NCBI GenBank assembly: GCA_020683205.1
Contig: CP085689.1
Location: 2,162,230 to 2,226,229, forward strand
Direction of reading: 5' to 3'
Origin: Lentisphaerae bacterium WC36
GTDB lineage: Bacteria; Verrucomicrobiota; Lentisphaeria; Victivallales; SZUA-371
DNA: 64,000 nucleotides
Shown here in pieces: positions 52,158 to 60,850 of this stretch. The position numbers were made by a program, and so were the translations under genes. The stretch's first letter is position 1, and each line of letters starts with the position of its first letter. The notes under the pieces are model-generated. The model was not told where the DNA came from. It saw only the letters and a program-made list of their open reading frames with translations, and made no database searches.

Positions 52158-52246
52158 CTAACTTTCCAGAATTACCCTATACATCAAATTATCATCTTAC
52201 AAATATCGCATTAATTCATAAACACCAATAAAAACTTCCTTTCATT

Positions 52247-52933
52247 TCAATTTCCAGCATTACCTATTACTGTAAATTTATATAATTTTTTTGCCTCAGT
52301 GACTACATAAATAGATTTAATAAACGGACCTGAAAGTTCTTTATTAGCGATTAATTTTACAGTTATAATAGCTGATTCATTCGGTTTTAATTCCTTGTTT
52401 GATGACGAAACTTTTGCACAACCGCAAGTTTTTCTTAATTGAGAGATTTTTATTATTTTTTTTGAAATGTTTTTGAGTGTAAAATTAACAATTCTAATTT
52501 CATTGCGCTTGAATGATCCAACTGTAAATTCATCTTTTTGAGTGTTGAATACTTTAACTTTTTTCTCAAAATCTGCCAAATGTTTTTTTATAAAATTATT
52601 ACTTTTTACCAATTTTTGTTCTGTAGAGATTTTTTCATTTAAAATAGCTATCAAGCTTTTATAAAATTTACTTTTTAAGTCTTGAGATTGATCAATCAAT
52701 TCTTGGACTCGATAGTCATTTATTTTACTTTTCTCAATCAAATCAGTTAATTTAATTTGAGGATCATATTTAATTTTTTTTATATGCTCAGGAAAATTTT
52801 TCAATACCCAAAAAACAATACTATTTTCCACAGATACATTTTTTTTACTACTTGATTTATTAATCGTTGCATTAATGTTATAAATTCCAATAAGACAACC
52901 CAACAATACAATTAATACTATTTTTATTTTCAT
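52247..52933 (-). CDS. Secreted protein with a C-terminal DUF1573-like domain
   Basis: Signal peptide; …FTLKNISKKII…TCGCAKV…ITVKL… resembles the DUF1573 CGC-containing β-sandwich. Confidence 0.4.
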   Translation of the reverse strand: MKIKIVLIVLLGCLIGIYNINATINKSSSKKNVSVENSIVFWVLKNFPEHIKKIKYDPQIKLTDLIEKSKINDYRVQELIDQSQDLKSKFYKSLIAILNEKISTEQKLVKSNNFIKKHLADFEKKVKVFNTQKDEFTVGSFKRNEIRIVNFTLKNISKKIIKISQLRKTCGCAKVSSSNKELKPNESAIITVKLIANKELSGPFIKSIYVVTEAKKLYKFTVIGNAGN

Positions 52934-53143
52934 AATTACCTCTTTATTACACTTTATAATTTAATATATATTCTACATTAAAGAAAACAATTTTTAGTAT
53001 AAAAAAACACCACAATTTTTCAACTATGCTGTTTGATTACATTACTCATGTTTTGATAGTTTTTTATTAATTTACTAAATGGCGAATAATCATAACGATT
53101 CGCTATCGGACCTGAACTCATAGCAATCAATGGATAAACGTTT

Positions 53144-53380
53144 TTATTTAGATTTTGTTAATAAAGATTTTTTATTGTACTCAAGAACATATTTAGCCAA
53201 TTCTCTAGTTTTTTTATCTAGGTCATTTTCATATATATAATTTGCTTTTTCTTCTAACTTATTTAGTGAAATTAATATTAATGCTAATCCGTCTTGACGA
53301 CAGCAAGGATCATTGCTGGTTAAAAATTTATCAATGGTATTCTCTGTTACTAAAATTTGATTTGCTATAATTAATCTCAT
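53144..53380 (-). CDS. Small hypothetical protein (78 aa)
   Basis: ORF only. Confidence 0.25.
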   Translation of the reverse strand: MRLIIANQILVTENTIDKFLTSNDPCCRQDGLALILISLNKLEEKANYIYENDLDKKTRELAKYVLEYNKKSLLTKSK

Positions 53381-53658
53381 AGAATTTTTTTATTTTCTTC
53401 ATCTTGAAATAATTTTTTTTCTAATGTTAATTGTAACTGAGGAATTTTCTTCATTTTTTTAAAAAATTTATTTGCAATATATATAATTTTTTTTGTTTCT
53501 TTTGGAGAAAAATTAGTGTAATCTTTTGATAAATTTTTATTTATTTCAATGCTAATATTACGGTAAAATTTTTCAGTATTAAATTGTTCACTTCGACTTG
53601 AAAAAAAAGTTTGAAGAAGCATAACAGAGATTAGTGCAAATATTAGTATATTTTTCAT
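53377..53658 (-). CDS. Small secreted hypothetical protein (93 aa)
   Basis: Signal peptide-like N-terminus; overlaps the next gene by 4 nt. Confidence 0.3.
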   Translation of the reverse strand: MKNILIFALISVMLLQTFFSSRSEQFNTEKFYRNISIEINKNLSKDYTNFSPKETKKIIYIANKFFKKMKKIPQLQLTLEKKLFQDEENKKIL

Positions 53659-53675
53659 AAGTATAACCTATATAT

Positions 53676-54023
53676 CTATTTTTTTGCAAATTTACACGAT
53701 TTTGAAAGTGAAAGAAAGAACGCATCTAGAGCCTTTTCTATAGCTATTGCAGCTTTTGCATCTCCTGATTTTATACCAACTGTTAGTCCAACTTCTTTTG
53801 CACACTTCATCCCTTTACTCGCTACTTCATCGCAACATCCTTTCTTTAATGCATTATATGCTTCTTTGCATACAGGAATAGATGCCAAAGCACCTAAAGT
53901 TTGATCGGCAATAAGGAGTTGTGCTATTTGTTTCGACGAGAACTTACCTGCCAACAGATTTATTAAACCAATTGCATCATTTAGTTTATTTTTGAATTTT
54001 TCTCCATCTTTAAAAGGATCTTT
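53676..54023 (-). CDS. Small Cys-containing hypothetical protein; the frame is open upstream to 54023 with no ATG (TTG start at 53954)
   Basis: ORF with an alternative start; possibly a gene remnant. Confidence 0.2.
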   Translation of the reverse strand, partial: KDPFKDGEKFKNKLNDAIGLINLLAGKFSSKQIAQLLIADQTLGALASIPVCKEAYNALKKGCCDEVASKGMKCAKEVGLTVGIKSGDAKAAIAIEKALDAFFLSLSKSCKFAKK

Positions 54024-54110
54024 TTAGGGCTTATTTTTACTACCATTAGATGAACCACCTGAATTTGGTTTCAATTTTGGACTACTAAACTAACTGGCTG
54101 CCTAAAGTCA

Positions 54111-54344
54111 CTATTCTTCCTTAACTTTTATAAGAATCAATGTATTTATTATATAGAATTGTTGTGTAGCGATAACATTGCCCGAGTATTTAAAATAATT
54201 TTTAGGAATACCACCAATTTTTAAACTTTCATATCCTATTAATGTTATTTTTTTACCATTTTGACTTTTTAATTTTTTATAAAAGGGCATACCAATATTA
54301 ATTTTTTGTTTAAGTTTTTTCCCATTTATTTCTTCCACATTCAT
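54111..54344 (-). CDS. Small hypothetical protein (77 aa), possibly an immunity gene at the end of the Rhs-CT array
   Basis: Lies downstream of the last toxin cassette; no homology recognised. Confidence 0.3.
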   Translation of the reverse strand: MNVEEINGKKLKQKINIGMPFYKKLKSQNGKKITLIGYESLKIGGIPKNYFKYSGNVIATQQFYIINTLILIKVKEE

Positions 54345-54391
54345 TGTTAATTGATTATATTCTCCTTTTATATTCTTTTTTGCATATAGTA

Positions 54392-54589
54392 TTACTCTCT
54401 CTTAAGAGTCAAAATGGTACCGAAAGAATGTTGTAGTTTTGGATATATACCTAAAGTTTTACTACCTCCTAAATTTTCATCTGATTGTTTACTTAATAAT
54501 TGATTATTTAGGTTATTGATTTTATACTGGCATGAAACCATCATTAGTACGGTAACAATTATATATAGAAATACTATATTTTTTTTCAT
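54392..54589 (-). CDS. Small lipoprotein (65 aa), candidate immunity protein for cassette 1
   Basis: Signal/lipobox MMVSC; starts 22 nt after the toxin-1 stop. Confidence 0.35.
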   Translation of the reverse strand: MKKNIVFLYIIVTVLMMVSCQYKINNLNNQLLSKQSDENLGGSKTLGIYPKLQHSFGTILTLKRE

Positions 54590-54611
54590 ATTGATAAGTC
54601 CTTATATAGAT

Positions 54612-55499
54612 TTAGTAATTACTGCATGTTTTACCTTTTGATTTAAAAGTAGGATTACTACATTGAATACACCATGCTTCAGAATTAAAGTCTGCATAGC
54701 TTTCTTTCCACTCCTCTTCAGTACTTTCATAAATTGTTCCACTTCTTATTGGATAATCAGGATGATAATCACCTGTACCATCATCATCTATATCGGGATT
54801 GTGATATTGGTCAGCATGTGTAATAGAACCATCTGGATTTACATAACCATAATCAAACTTAATACTATCTTCATCCATACCTTCCTTATCCCAATTACTA
54901 AAATCAGCTTTGCCTGTTTTAGGGTCAAACGTTACATCAGGATTTATACCATCTTTGCCTTTATCATTCCAAAAGTGAACTGAAAACATTTTTGGACAAA
55001 CCTTGTCTTTGCATTTATTTTTCATTTCTCCCTGAGCATCTGTTGCTTGTTGTTTTGTTTTATAGCAATTATCATGATTTTCAATAACTCCAGTATTAGC
55101 ACAAACAACTCCGACACATCCCCTATTTATTTGTTTTCTCACCCAAGGTGCATATATAATATTCCCAGGATTTTCTTTAAATTTAGGGTGTGCATCAAAA
55201 TATTTTTTTAAATAATCTTCCAACGACATTTCTGTTCTTAATCCTAAAATATCATAGAAAACAATTGGATTATTGTACGAATTCCCATAAATGTTTTCTC
55301 CACCTTTTTCTTGGATTGGGTCACGTTTTAACCATTTTCCTGTGCTTGGGTTGTAATAACGGTAATTGTAATAGATTAATCCTGTTTCTTTTTCAGCATA
55401 TTCACTACTGAATTTGAACACGTTTTCAACATTCTCATCTGTTTTTGCTAATTGTCCAAATGGGCTATAATCGTATTTATTAGCGATTTCTCCTGTTGT
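54612..55499 (-). CDS. Rhs-family C-terminal orphan cassette 1; homology begins right after a stop at about 55499, with the first ATG at 55421
   Basis: …LTTGEIANKYDYSPFGQLAKTDENVENVFKFSSEYAEKETGLIYYNYRYYNPSTGKWLKRDPIQEKGGENIYG…DILGL followed by a unique ~200-aa Cys-rich C-terminal domain. Confidence 0.65.
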   Translation of the reverse strand, partial: TTGEIANKYDYSPFGQLAKTDENVENVFKFSSEYAEKETGLIYYNYRYYNPSTGKWLKRDPIQEKGGENIYGNSYNNPIVFYDILGLRTEMSLEDYLKKYFDAHPKFKENPGNIIYAPWVRKQINRGCVGVVCANTGVIENHDNCYKTKQQATDAQGEMKNKCKDKVCPKMFSVHFWNDKGKDGINPDVTFDPKTGKADFSNWDKEGMDEDSIKFDYGYVNPDGSITHADQYHNPDIDDDGTGDYHPDYPIRSGTIYESTEEEWKESYADFNSEAWCIQCSNPTFKSKGKTCSNY

Positions 55500-55565
55500 T
55501 AATTATCTTATCCTTGTTAATCACATCCTAAATATTTAAACTTCTTTTATACTTTTTTTACAAAA

Positions 55566-55594
55566 AACATCGATCAAAAATTTTAATCGATGTT
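55566..55594 (-). terminator. Hairpin (aacatcgat…atcgatgtt) followed by a T-run on the minus strand, downstream of the immunity gene 55620..55835
   Basis: 9-bp perfect inverted repeat; the minus-strand 3' flank is TTTTTGTAAAAAAA. Confidence 0.4.
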
Positions 55595-55619
55595 AATTTG
55601 TTTTCTCACTTTTGATAAT

Positions 55620-55835
55620 TTAAGTTCTTATTTTGGGCAAAAAAACTGTAAATATATATATAACATAAACGACTATTAGTAGAAAAATAAGACATATTTT
55701 TTTAAATAGTTTTTTTTCTTTTATAAGATTTTTTAAAATAATAATAAAACCATATAAATAAAAAATAAATTTAATAATTTCTAATATTTTCATAATTATC
55801 CATTTTTTAATAATATAGTAAATAACATTAAGCAC
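55620..55835 (-). CDS. 71-aa two-TM membrane protein, candidate immunity protein for cassette 2
   Basis: Begins 3 nt after the toxin-2 stop; entirely hydrophobic helices. Confidence 0.5.
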   Translation of the reverse strand: MLNVIYYIIKKWIIMKILEIIKFIFYLYGFIIILKNLIKEKKLFKKICLIFLLIVVYVIYIFTVFLPKIRT

Positions 55836-55838
55836 ATA

Positions 55839-56588
55839 CTATTCTCTTTTACTTAGACATTTATCCATGCAATTTTGATGATTCTCTCTAATATTATTTT
55901 GCTCTATTATAAATAACGCTGATACCAATGCAGCACAAGGTAAAGCAAAAGGTCCTCCTCCTGCAAGGCAGACTGCTACCTTAAGTAAATAAGCTGAATT
56001 TGAAATACCTAGAGCAACAATTAAAGCCGCTTCACAACAATTAGCACACTTTTTCTTGCAGTGCTTACCGCAACCTTTAGCAAACCAATCTACGCCTCTT
56101 AAAAGTAATTCTGCTCCAAGACCAATTATTGTAAACTTCGCTACAAAGTCTTGCCCTAAATGGTCTTTGTTTGATATAGGTTGATTATTAACAAAACCGT
56201 ATAAATTAAATCCACCGTCTTCTTCGATTGGGTCGCGGGATAGCCATTTTCCTGTGCTTGGATTATAATAACGGTAATTGTAATAAATTAAGCCACTTTT
56301 TTCGTCATGGAATTCAGAACTGAATTTGAAAACATTCGCCACGGTTTCGTTATCTAACGATAACTGACCGAATGGCGAATAATCATAACGATTCGCAACC
56401 GAACCTGAACTCATATCAATCAACTGCGTAATATTTTTATTGCCATCTGCGATGTAATTAAATACCACTCCATCTTTTTCTAATGCCAATAAATTATCAC
56501 CTAACCATACAAATCTATTACTTATTAACGAACTATTCAACTCATTAACGGTTTTTATTAGCTTATATTTGTTAAGAAAACACACCAT
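55839..56588 (-). CDS. Rhs C-terminal orphan cassette 2 with a small hydrophobic, Gly/Ala/Cys-rich (membrane-targeting?) toxin domain
   Basis: N-terminus retains …FVWLGDNLLALEKDGVVFNYIADGNKNITQLIDMSSGSVANRYDYSPFGQL…YYNYRYYNPSTGKWLSRDPIEEDGG…DHLGQ; the C-terminus is …AGGGPFALPCAALVSALFII…. Confidence 0.65.
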   Translation of the reverse strand: MVCFLNKYKLIKTVNELNSSLISNRFVWLGDNLLALEKDGVVFNYIADGNKNITQLIDMSSGSVANRYDYSPFGQLSLDNETVANVFKFSSEFHDEKSGLIYYNYRYYNPSTGKWLSRDPIEEDGGFNLYGFVNNQPISNKDHLGQDFVAKFTIIGLGAELLLRGVDWFAKGCGKHCKKKCANCCEAALIVALGISNSAYLLKVAVCLAGGGPFALPCAALVSALFIIEQNNIRENHQNCMDKCLSKRE

Positions 56589-56655
56589 AATTTGTCAAAT
56601 TATGGTGTTTAAAAATTCTTCAATTGATCTAATTTACAAGTTAAAGAGTTAAAAT

Positions 56656-57135
56656 TTATTTTTTTAATGGCTTGTCAAACGCTGGAATAACATATTCATT
56701 CCACATTTTTTTAGTAATCCAAGTCTTACCGCCTTCTTTATATTTTAATTTATCTAGCTCAATTCCAGGAATTTTTATTTCATGAACCCCACTTTTGTCG
56801 ACAATTAGAATTTTCCCTAATGCGTCAATTTTTTTGCCATCAAAATATACTTGATTCTTATAGCTAGAAAAATATGTTAATCCTTTACTAGTTATGAGCT
56901 TTTTATCAAATTTTATATAACTTAAATTTGTCCAATATACACCTTTTTTTATGAACATTATGTATTGTACTTTATCCTTGTAACAAATTGCCTCCCAACT
57001 ATATGAGTAATTAGTTTTCTCATCAAAGTAATTACTGTTTGAAATAACACTAAAATCGTCCATAGAAGGCTTACAGCTAGTAAAAATAAATATAGTATAA
57101 AATAAACTAAACATTAATACAGTTTTTTTCATCAA
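56656..57135 (-). CDS. Lipoprotein (159 aa), candidate immunity protein for cassette 3
   Basis: ATG at 57132 with AGGAGA; lipobox FTSC; starts 6 nt after the toxin-3 stop. Confidence 0.5.
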   Translation of the reverse strand: MMKKTVLMFSLFYTIFIFTSCKPSMDDFSVISNSNYFDEKTNYSYSWEAICYKDKVQYIMFIKKGVYWTNLSYIKFDKKLITSKGLTYFSSYKNQVYFDGKKIDALGKILIVDKSGVHEIKIPGIELDKLKYKEGGKTWITKKMWNEYVIPAFDKPLKK

Positions 57136-57141
57136 TATCTC

Positions 57142-58137
57142 CTATTTTTTACATGAACATATTAAAACAAAAGTTCGGTGAACTTTCCATACCGCCCCTG
57201 CATTATGACTAATACTTCTTTCATTAGAAACCCCTCCTACATCACCGTTACCAATATTTACCCCATCAGCATTTGTGATAGCTCCACCAACTTTACCAAT
57301 TAGGTTTAAACTAATAGTTACGGTATGTTCTTTTTCTCCTTGATTGTCAATTGTTGGAGTGTCCATTAAAACTTTAACATAGAGGGGACCACTACTTGTA
57401 TTTTTTGCTGAACCTTTATCTGTTGACCCAGTCATTCTTATTTGTCCTGTATCAGAATCACATTTGAAGGAAAGTTTAATTCTTGTTGACACATCATATG
57501 TTTTCCATCCTGTAAATGTCCGCATGAAAGAATTTGCATACCTAAATCGCCCTCTTATAACAGCACTAACTGAATTACTTGAAGCAGTAGCCATTCCTCC
57601 AAATTGAACTCTAGATTTGTATTTATACAAAAGACCTGGCTGACCTGGAGCAAAAGAATGCTGTCTCAACCAGAACGAATAATCTTGCACTTCTTCGTCA
57701 ATGTGCAATTTTCCAGGTTCTCCCTCTGGCGCATCCCAGCTCCATTTTAATCCTAAACTATCTATATTTTTTATAGTATCATTGCCTACAAAACTATATA
57801 AATTGTCTCCGCCTTTTTCTTCGATTGGGTCTCTGCTGAGCCATTTGCCGTTTACAGGATTATAATATCTATAATTGTAATAAATTAAGCCTGTTTCTTT
57901 TTCAGCGTATTCGCTTGAAAATTTGAATGGATTTTCAACCGTTTCTACGTCCGCAATTAGCTGACCAAAAGGCGAATAATCATAACGATTCGCTATTGAA
58001 CCCGAACTCATATCAATCAACTGAGTGATATTTTTATTGCCATCTGCGATGTAATTAAATGCTACGCCATCTTTTTCTAATGCCAATAAATTATCACCTA
58101 ACCATACAAATCTATCACTTATTGAGCTACCATTCAA
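57142..58137 (-). CDS. Rhs C-terminal orphan cassette 3 (TTG start; frame open from a TAATAA at about 58160)
   Basis: Conserved FVWLGDNLLALEKDG…YYNYRYYNPVNGKWLSRDPIEEKGG…DSLGL followed by a unique ~200-aa C-terminal domain. Confidence 0.65.
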   Translation of the reverse strand: MNGSSISDRFVWLGDNLLALEKDGVAFNYIADGNKNITQLIDMSSGSIANRYDYSPFGQLIADVETVENPFKFSSEYAEKETGLIYYNYRYYNPVNGKWLSRDPIEEKGGDNLYSFVGNDTIKNIDSLGLKWSWDAPEGEPGKLHIDEEVQDYSFWLRQHSFAPGQPGLLYKYKSRVQFGGMATASSNSVSAVIRGRFRYANSFMRTFTGWKTYDVSTRIKLSFKCDSDTGQIRMTGSTDKGSAKNTSSGPLYVKVLMDTPTIDNQGEKEHTVTISLNLIGKVGGAITNADGVNIGNGDVGGVSNERSISHNAGAVWKVHRTFVLICSCKK

Positions 58138-58229
58138 CTCATTGCTATTTTTTTATTAGCTTATATTTGTTATAAAAACACCACAACTTTTTGCATTATG
58201 GTGTTTTATTTACTATCCTTAGACCAAGT

Positions 58230-58955
58230 TTATTTAACAATAAAGCTTTTTATAAATTTATGCGTTGACGCATCAAAGAATAAATACAAGACTCCTCCAA
58301 GCATCGAATCATTAAGATCTTTCCATGTTGGTCGTTCGCTTACATCTACTAAAATAAAATCTTCTCCAGAACCATTTAGTTTAAAAGCTTCAGCATTGTA
58401 TCTATCAATAAAAGCAATCCCCTTTACACAATTCGTGAGTTCTTCATAATTATATATTGGATTACTTTTTACCTTTTTATTTATTACATTATAAAGTATT
58501 TCTCTAAAAGACGTCGTTATTTTTGCTTTTAAATGAAACAGGTCTTTAGTAACTTTTAAAGAGTTATTTTTAGGCTTAAATAAAATTTTTTTTATTATTT
58601 TACATTTTTTATAATCTGCCAGCAAAACAATATCTCCATATTCAGCTTGAGTTGAGCTCAGTGTGATTATAACAAAACCAGAATGTTTTTTCTTTTCGTC
58701 TAATTTGTAGTTATAAACCTTCAATAGAAGCCCTTTCACTGTTTCATAAGATACAAGTCGGACTCTTTTTAAAATGTATTTTTTTTCAATTAATTTATTT
58801 TTTTCCGCATACTCATCTACCAAATTTAAATATGGAGCTATTCTTAAATTTTTGTAAGAGAAAGTTTTTAATCTATTTTTTTCACACATAAAATAAGAAC
58901 AAATAGCTAATAAAAAAACAATTAATATTGTGAATATTACAATTTTATTTTTCAT
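58230..58955 (-). CDS. Membrane-anchored protein (241 aa), candidate immunity protein for cassette 4; paralogue of 63187..63942
   Basis: N-terminal TM helix; colinear similarity to 63187..63942 (FSY--L-I--YL--VD--A-ENKLIEKKY-L-R…). Confidence 0.5.
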   Translation of the reverse strand: MKNKIVIFTILIVFLLAICSYFMCEKNRLKTFSYKNLRIAPYLNLVDEYAEKNKLIEKKYILKRVRLVSYETVKGLLLKVYNYKLDEKKKHSGFVIITLSSTQAEYGDIVLLADYKKCKIIKKILFKPKNNSLKVTKDLFHLKAKITTSFREILYNVINKKVKSNPIYNYEELTNCVKGIAFIDRYNAEAFKLNGSGEDFILVDVSERPTWKDLNDSMLGGVLYLFFDASTHKFIKSFIVK

Positions 58956-58970
58956 TTTATATTACCTTTT

Positions 58971-59909
58971 TTATTTAATAGGACCATAATCTGTGACGCT
59001 TTCATCATCAACAGGTGAACCATCATCAGAACCTGAGCCTGGATCAAATTTTTTCATATTTCCCTGAGGGGTAAAGAGATAATTAGGCATTCGATTCTTA
59101 CGTGAATATGGTTTGTCTCCTATGTTTTTCTCCGTGTCTTCGTCATAGTCCTCTGAAAATTCTTCATTTTCTTCAGGAGTATTACGCTTCATTCTGAATC
59201 CCCATGCCTTGTCAAAGTCTGTTTTAGCTTTACTATTTGGATCATTACTACCGTGAGTATGCCAAATTGCGGTAGGCTTAGAACCACTAGGACATGGTGC
59301 ATTTGTAGGGTCACAACCTTGCACATCTCCTTTTGTCACCGTTGTAAAATATTTATATTTACCTTTTACACACTTTTTACAAACATACCCACAATACTCA
59401 ATATCCTCTTTTATTGATTTAGGATTCATCTCCTTGCCTCGTTTTCTTGCAGCATCTATCTCGCTGTCTGAATAATCAGGATCTTTAGGTTTAGGCTTGC
59501 GAGGAACGTAATAATGGGGATAGTTTTCTTTATGATTCCTTGAATTACTGCCAATAATACCATGAAAACTTAAGCCCAAAATATCAATATAATTTATTGA
59601 ATCATTATAAATAAAGTTATAAATATTCCACGCACCATATTCTTCTATTGGGTCGCGGTTAAGCCATTTTCCGTTTACAGGATTATAATATCTATAATTA
59701 TAGTAAACTAGACCTGTTTCTTTTTCGGCATATTCACTACTGAATTTGAATACGTTTTCAACATTCTCATCTGTTTTTGCTAATTGTCCAAATGGGCTAT
59801 AATCGTATTTATTAGCGATTTCTCCTGTTGTTAAATTAATCAACTGCGTGATATTTTTATTGCCATCGGCGATGTAATTAAATACCACACCATCTTTTTC
59901 TAATGCCAA
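58971..59909 (-). CDS. Rhs C-terminal orphan cassette 4 (no ATG; the frame opens directly after the TGA/TAG of the upstream immunity gene)
   Basis: …FVWLGDNLLALEKDGVVFNYIADGNKNITQLINLTTGEIANKYDYSPFGQL…YYNYRYYNPVNGKWLNRDPIEEYG…DILGL; the C-terminal domain has Cys clusters and IWHTHG. Confidence 0.6.
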   Translation of the reverse strand: MALEKDGVVFNYIADGNKNITQLINLTTGEIANKYDYSPFGQLAKTDENVENVFKFSSEYAEKETGLVYYNYRYYNPVNGKWLNRDPIEEYGAWNIYNFIYNDSINYIDILGLSFHGIIGSNSRNHKENYPHYYVPRKPKPKDPDYSDSEIDAARKRGKEMNPKSIKEDIEYCGYVCKKCVKGKYKYFTTVTKGDVQGCDPTNAPCPSGSKPTAIWHTHGSNDPNSKAKTDFDKAWGFRMKRNTPEENEEFSEDYDEDTEKNIGDKPYSRKNRMPNYLFTPQGNMKKFDPGSGSDDGSPVDDESVTDYGPIK

Positions 59910-59941
59910 TAAATTATCACCTAACCATACAAAAACAGGCG

Positions 59942-60763
59942 CTAATTTACTTCACTGAAATTTTCAATAATTTTACTACGATTTCTATCTTTCTTATATT
60001 TATTTTTATACTCTTTTGTAGCCTTATTTTCAACAGCTCCTAACTCTTTTAAGCAACTAATAATTTTATCATTGGCTCCATATGAATAAGCACAATTTAA
60101 AACGTTGTTATTTTTATCATACCAACTTGTTGAGTTGATATCAAATCCCTCTTGACATAGCAATTTTAAAACTTCAACATTTTCTTCAACAATAGCTTTT
60201 CTAAATAAAAAAAATGATTCCGTTTTCTTTTTGATTCCTGTTAAAATAAACTTTAAACATTTCATACTTTTATATTTCAATGCCAAAGCATAAATATTAC
60301 TCTGAGAGTAAGAAAGATTATTTTTTTCTTTATTAGCAATCCATTGTTTTAAAGCCTGAAGGTTATCGACACTAATTTCATACGCAATAGTTTTTTTCAC
60401 TCCATTTTTCAATAATGTTTGCGTCATCTTTTTTCTTTTTAAAAAAATGGTCCTGTTCAAATAATGTTGTTGCTTATATCTAAATTGAAAATTATTTTCA
60501 ATTAAGCATTTAAAATGATCGAACATATTATGGGTAATACAAAAATCTAAATAATCACTACCATACTTATCTTTCAATTTAAAAACTTCAGGATTTGTAT
60601 TAATTTTTTGAACAAGTTCTTTATTATCCATTGCACAGAGATTTCGAAAAATTTCTATTACACTATCCTTTTCTTTAATTATGTGACTGCTTTTATAATA
60701 AAGAACCAGTATCATTGCTAAAATCGTTACACTAATTGAAATATATTTAAGTTTTTTTTTCAT
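59942..60763 (-). CDS. Ankyrin-repeat-like membrane-anchored protein (273 aa), candidate immunity protein for cassette 5
   Basis: Signal/TM; repeats of the …LNCAYSYGANDKIISCLKELGA… type. Confidence 0.45.
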   Translation of the reverse strand: MKKKLKYISISVTILAMILVLYYKSSHIIKEKDSVIEIFRNLCAMDNKELVQKINTNPEVFKLKDKYGSDYLDFCITHNMFDHFKCLIENNFQFRYKQQHYLNRTIFLKRKKMTQTLLKNGVKKTIAYEISVDNLQALKQWIANKEKNNLSYSQSNIYALALKYKSMKCLKFILTGIKKKTESFFLFRKAIVEENVEVLKLLCQEGFDINSTSWYDKNNNVLNCAYSYGANDKIISCLKELGAVENKATKEYKNKYKKDRNRSKIIENFSEVN

Positions 60764-60850
60764 AAACTACCCTTTTTATCTTGGTAATCATCTTTTAAAA
60801 AAAGATGATTACCTAACTTTTAAAGTAATATTGTAAAATTTAAGCCAAGG

